From the NCBI RefSeq assembly GCF_001194135.2, contig NC_068993.1, positions 15,683,900-15,739,207 on the forward strand: 55,308 nucleotides of DNA. Reading direction: 5' to 3'. Positions within the stretch are counted from its first letter, which is position 1. Each line of letters begins with the position of its first letter. A program made the position numbers and the translations under genes. The DNA is from Octopus bimaculoides (lineage: Eukaryota). Of the stretch, positions 50,199 to 55,308 are shown one piece after another. The notes below the pieces were generated by a model. The model had not been told where the DNA came from and did no database searches. It saw only the letters and a program-made list of their open reading frames with translations.

Positions 50199-50213
50199 GT
50201 TGGAAATTTTTGT

Positions 50214-50616
50214 AGGCACATATGTGGCTGTGCGGTAAGAATCTTGCTTTCCAACTACATGATCCCGGGTACAGTCCCACAACGTGTCCCCTTCGGCAAG
50301 TATTTTCTACTATAGCCACGGGCCGATGAAAGCCTTGTGAGTGAATTTGATAGACGGAAACTGAAAGAAGCCCGTCATACATATCTGTGTGTATGTCTTT
50401 GTGTTTGTATTGATGCCTCACCACCGCATGACAACTGGTGTTGGTGTGCTTACGTCCCTGTATCTTAGCAGTTCGTTAAAAGAGACCGATACAATAAGTA
50501 CCAGGCTTAACAAAAAATCAGTACTGAGTTCGATAATTCTGCTATAAATTCTTCGAAGTAGTACCCCAGGATGGGCGTAGTGTAATGACTGAAAATAGTA
50601 AAAGATAAAGATAAAA
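50214..50616 (+). mobile_element. SINE family C, full length, diverged
   Basis: AGGCACATATGTGGCTGTGCGGTAAG...GACGGAAACTGAAAGAAGCCCGTC...TAATGACTGAAAATAGTAAAAG. Confidence 0.9.
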
Positions 50617-51348
50617 TTACACACATTCTTTAACAATTTCCCCAAAAATTCAAAATAGATGGGATTTAATCCACGCAAATATCTAAAACGAAGAATCTAC
50701 TGGATTAAAGAATATGAGAAAATTGGGATAATAATTTATCATAAAAAAGTAAATCATCGTAATCTTCTAATCCATTGCTTGTTTGGGGTATTTTTGGAAG
50801 GGGACAGATTGTAGACTACGCCAAGGGGTCGTTTGTAAAATGCCATTCTGTGAAAGGGGCGCAGAACTACAAAAGTTTGAAAGTCATTGCCTAAGTTTAG
50901 TTAGGTCTGTTTGTTTACTTTCTAGTATATTTTAATTTCAGGTTCGAAATTTCCTTTCGTGCGCTCTATAGATAAAGTGCCAACGAAAGTATTGGGATTG
51001 TAACTGTTACTTCAACAGGCTAGAAATAATAGCGAATTCCGCGCTCAAATAGTATAATTTAAAAAGAAGAAAGGAGACGCATTGGATAATTACACAAAGT
51101 GAGAATAAAAGAATGGAAGCTCTGCTGGAGCATCTTTCACCAGAGATCAAAGATGGTCTGGAGTGGCTGACCTAGGGCTATAAGAACAATTGAACACCCG
51201 TCATAGACTTTGATGAATTCAGTCGTCAATGCCTCATTCATAGAAATAGGTGGCCGTGTGCCAATGGAATTAATTGATAATCTTAAAATGACAAAAATGC
51301 AACTGTCAGAGTATCAGTAAGACACAAACACAAAGGCACGGGCGCATG

Positions 51349-51380
<32 letters not shown>

Positions 51381-51419
51381 TGTGTGTGTGTGTGTTTGTG
51401 TGCGTGCATGCAAATATTG

Positions 51420-51459
<40 letters not shown>

Positions 51460-52039
51460 GTATGTATATATATATAAGTACATATATCTATGCATATACG
51501 ATATATACAGAGTATATGCATGTAAGTGTTAATATATGCATACACACACACACAAAGATATAACAATATGGAATGTGTGACAGACTCATTTCGGAATATC
51601 TCACATTCGATCATTCGTCGCCTGAACATCGATATCAAGAACATACATTAGCGTTTCACATACCACTTGGCTAACAAAATATTCGTCTAATATTTCATTA
51701 ATTCATGCACGATGTTTTCATGCATTTGTTTTATTTATTTACTTCAATCATTTCTCTTTTTATATTTATTTTCGGCAACGCAAAGTCAGCCCTGAGTGAG
51801 TATATTGTTTCAAACGCATTTTATGACCGTCTGGCCTGTTTTTTTTTTTCTATTATTATTTTTCGGTCATTATGCAGCCTATTACTATAATATATTATTC
51901 AATCAATACCTCTGTGTATATGTGAGCGTGTGTGCGTGTGTATGTGTGTGTGTGTGTGTGTGTGCGTGTGCGCGTGAGCGTGCCTGTGAATTTTAAGAAT
52001 CTGTGATTTACATATTTGGATAAATAACTCTCTTTACTC

Positions 52040-52310
52040 TTTTTTCCTGTGTAAAAAGTCACAGGAAGAAAAGTCACAAAGGTTTTGTCCGGGGGGTTTT
52101 ATCCGGGGGGTTTTGTCCGGGGTTTTTGTCCGGGGAGGGGTTCCAAAAGGTTTTGTCCGAAAGGGTTTTGTCCAGATCCCATTAATTAATTGTGACTTGT
52201 TTTCCTGTGACTTTATTACCGAACACCATTAATTAATTGTTACTTTTTTTCCTAGCCAAAATTTTGACTTCATTATTGTGACTTCTTTTTTCCTGTGATT
52301 GCATTACCGG
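52040..52310. mobile_element. Foldback-like element with GGTTTTGTCC core repeats
   Basis: AAAAAGTCACAGGAAGAAAAGTCACAA (52053-52079) is inverted to TTGTGACTTGTTTTCCTGTGACTTT (52190-52214), with a further right-arm copy at 52276-52300; six GGTTTT(G/A)TCC units lie between. Confidence 0.65.
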
Positions 52311-52319
52311 TCCCCTATT

Positions 52320-52432
52320 CAACTTATACCCCTTTTAAATTAACACACGCATTGCAGCGGTACTTCAGTCTTTCCGAGCCCTTAAAAGAACTTGGACGGC
52401 CAGGCGTTCAACTAGGTCTTTGCGATACCCTC
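52320..52432. mobile_element. Partial mariner-type MITE (family of 31163 and 38182)
   Basis: ATTGCAGCGGTACTTCAG...CTTTGCGATACCCT matches the internal part of 31260-31350. Confidence 0.6.
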
Positions 52433-52588
52433 GTGTGTGTGTGTGTGTGTATGTGTAAATTCCCATGTTGAGATTTCTTCATCAGCGGTTAGCAGAGGTG
52501 GGAAACTTAAGAGAAAAAACAATGCGTGTAATACAGCCCCGTGTGTGTGAATTAACGCCGTAAAGTAACGGAAGGAGCCGGAAATATT

Positions 52589-53174
52589 TTCTACTCTAGG
52601 TACAAGGCCCCAATTTTTTTGGGTGGGGTGGGAACCAGTCGATTAGATCCAGCCCAGTAGGCAACTGTTAATTAATTTATCGACCCCGAAAGGATGAAAG
52701 GCACAGAACGTAAATGCTACGCATATTGCGCAATAATGCTTCTTATTTCTTTATTGCCCATAAGGGGCTAAGCATACAGGGTACAAACAAGGACAGACAA
52801 AGATATTAAGTAACAGGTACTTATTTAATCGACTCCGAAAGGATGAAAGGCAAAGTCGACTTCGGCGGAATTTGAACTCGGAACGTAACGGCAGACAAAA
52901 AATACCGCTAAGCAGTTCGCCCGGCGTGCTAACGTTTCTTATTTCTTTATTGCCCACAAGGGGCTAAACATAGAGTAGACAAACAAGGACAGACAAAGGG
53001 ACAAAGACGATAAGATCGACCCCAGTGCGTAACTGGTACTTAATTTATCGACCCCCGAAGGGATAAAAGGCAAAGTCAACCTCAGCGGAATTTGAAATCA
53101 GAACGTAACGGCAGACGAAATACTGCTAAGCATTTCGCCCGACGTGCTAACGTTTCTGCCAGCTCGCCGCTTTG
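52589..53174 (-). mobile_element. Head-to-tail trimer of SINE family B inside one 16-bp TSD
   Basis: Three family B cores in the same orientation; AGGAGCCGGA(A/G)ATATT at 52573-52588 and 53175-53190. Confidence 0.8.
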
Positions 53175-53489
53175 AGGAGCCGGAGATATTGTGAATACTT
53201 GTACGTCTTCGAGATTAAATATTAATTTTGGAAAAGTTGTTATAAATACCAAGTTAGCATTAATTTAATCAACTTACAGAATTTAGCATGATAGTAATTA
53301 TACAAATAAATGTCTTGCAAAAATGTAATGCAGCTAGGTTTCTTTGAGTGAAGTATTTTAGTAAAGATGTCGATACATAATGTCGTGAGTTGCGTAAGAC
53401 AAGTAATACATAGTATATAATGACACATCAATACACTCAATGTATAGACAAACGCAGAATGACAGACTTACATATATCTAATATGTGTA

Positions 53490-53542
53490 GGAATGCATAT
53501 ACATGTATGTATGTATGTATGAACAGATGCATACATATTTAA

Positions 53543-53620
<78 letters not shown>

Positions 53621-53795
53621 CCCTCTATGTTTAGATAAAGGTTTCTATCTATCAATCTATCTATCGATCGATCTAACTATATCTATACCGGTTTATCTAT
53701 CTAGCTCTCTGTCGTTATGTCTATTTACCTATCTTTTTATCTATCAATTCATCTCTCACTCCCTCCTTCTTTCCTTCTCTCTCACTCTCTCTATC

Positions 53796-53884
<89 letters not shown>

Positions 53885-53987
53885 ATATATGTGCGTGTAT
53901 GTGTAAGTGTGTGTGTGTGTTAAGTGTGTGTGTATGTATATATATCTATGTTTTTATTTATTTATGTATGTATATGTATATATAAAT

Positions 53988-54022
<35 letters not shown>

Positions 54023-54108
54023 CATACATATATATGCATGTATTTATATATATATAAACAACTATATATGTATATACATATATAAGTATATATATAGATA
54101 GATATATT
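53490..54108. repeat. (TA)n, (TATG)n, (TC)n and (TG)n microsatellite cluster
   Basis: Directly visible. Confidence 0.95.
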
Positions 54109-55308
54109 NNNNNNNNNNNNNNNNNNNNNNNNNNNNNNNNNNNNNNNNNNNNNNNNNNNNNNNNNNNNNNNNNNNNNNNNNNNNNNNNNNNNNNNNNNNN
54201 NNNNNNNNNNNNNNNNNNNNNNNNNNNNNNNNNNNNNNNNNNNNNNNNNNNNNNNNNNNNNNNNNNNNNNNNNNNNNNNNNNNNNNNNNNNNNNNNNNNN
54301 NNNNNNNNNNNNNNNNNNNNNNNNNNNNNNNNNNNNNNNNNNNNNNNNNNNNNNNNNNNNNNNNNNNNNNNNNNNNNNNNNNNNNNNNNNNNNNNNNNNN
54401 NNNNNNNNNNNNNNNNNNNNNNNNNNNNNNNNNNNNNNNNNNNNNNNNNNNNNNNNNNNNNNNNNNNNNNNNNNNNNNNNNNNNNNNNNNNNNNNNNNNN
54501 NNNNNNNNNNNNNNNNNNNNNNNNNNNNNNNNNNNNNNNNNNNNNNNNNNNNNNNNNNNNNNNNNNNNNNNNNNNNNNNNNNNNNNNNNNNNNNNNNNNN
54601 NNNNNNNNNNNNNNNNNNNNNNNNNNNNNNNNNNNNNNNNNNNNNNNNNNNNNNNNNNNNNNNNNNNNNNNNNNNNNNNNNNNNNNNNNNNNNNNNNNNN
54701 NNNNNNNNNNNNNNNNNNNNNNNNNNNNNNNNNNNNNNNNNNNNNNNNNNNNNNNNNNNNNNNNNNNNNNNNNNNNNNNNNNNNNNNNNNNNNNNNTATA
54801 TATATATGAATATGCATATTAATATACATGTGTATATATTGCCTAAAGCGTATGGTGTATTCTGCCTTATATAGTCTTATTTGCAACATAAATCTTCATG
54901 GAAGAATTTTCTTTCTGTCTTTATAGAAATGCTCTGTTTTCTTTCAATATGTGTTTCCTATGTTCTCATTATTTCATATTTGCTTTGAGCGTTAAATCTT
55001 GATCTATCAGTATGTGCCGCTGTGTTTTTATGTGGCAATGAGCGTGTGTGTGTGTATTTGTGTGTGCATGTTTTTATGTGTGTTTTGTGTGTGAGAGTGC
55101 GGCACTGTGTGTCTATGTGTACGAGTGTGTATGGCTGACTAAGATTGTAATTGAGCATAATCTTTTCAAATTGGTGCACGTGTGTATACGTGTATGTTTC
55201 TGCGTGTATGGTCGTATATATGCGAGTCTGTATGTGTATGCATATGTATGTACCTGCTTGTGTAAATATATGTGTGTATGTACATATATATATATGTATA
55301 TATATATA

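Noticed and set aside
50820-50892. hAT-type MITE end (GGGGTCG...AAAAGTTTGAAAGTCATTG)
   Set aside because: Too degenerate, and no partner TIR was found.
331-55179. Long ORFs in the track (poly-I, poly-YI, poly-HT, poly-X)
   Set aside because: They are translations of microsatellites or N-gaps with no domain content.

Overview
A gene-poor, AT-rich, gapped eukaryotic scaffold with about 16 N-gaps. The SINE families and very dense micro/minisatellites strongly suggest an octopus or other coleoid cephalopod (inference). I can support no intact host gene; most ORFs in the track are microsatellite or N-gap artefacts. The window is a mosaic of three abundant tRNA-headed SINE families (my labels A, B, C), decayed Tc1/mariner transposases and MITEs, fragments of restriction-like-endonuclease (R4/NeSL-type) and CR1/L2-type LINEs, foldback-type elements, a 60-bp tandem array rich in AP-1 sites, and a decayed tRNA-Thr(AGT). 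The most striking structure is a 533-bp head-to-head palindromic element at 41415-41947, flanked by a 12-bp target-site duplication (TSD). Each arm has a tRNA-like Pol III head followed by a minimal type I hammerhead ribozyme motif of the Penelope-like kind. A 3'-end-only copy of it, with its own TSD, lies at 21144-21227. An unrelated palindrome at 21614-21848 also carries a hammerhead-like motif. All structural calls were made by eye; none was confirmed by database search or folding software.
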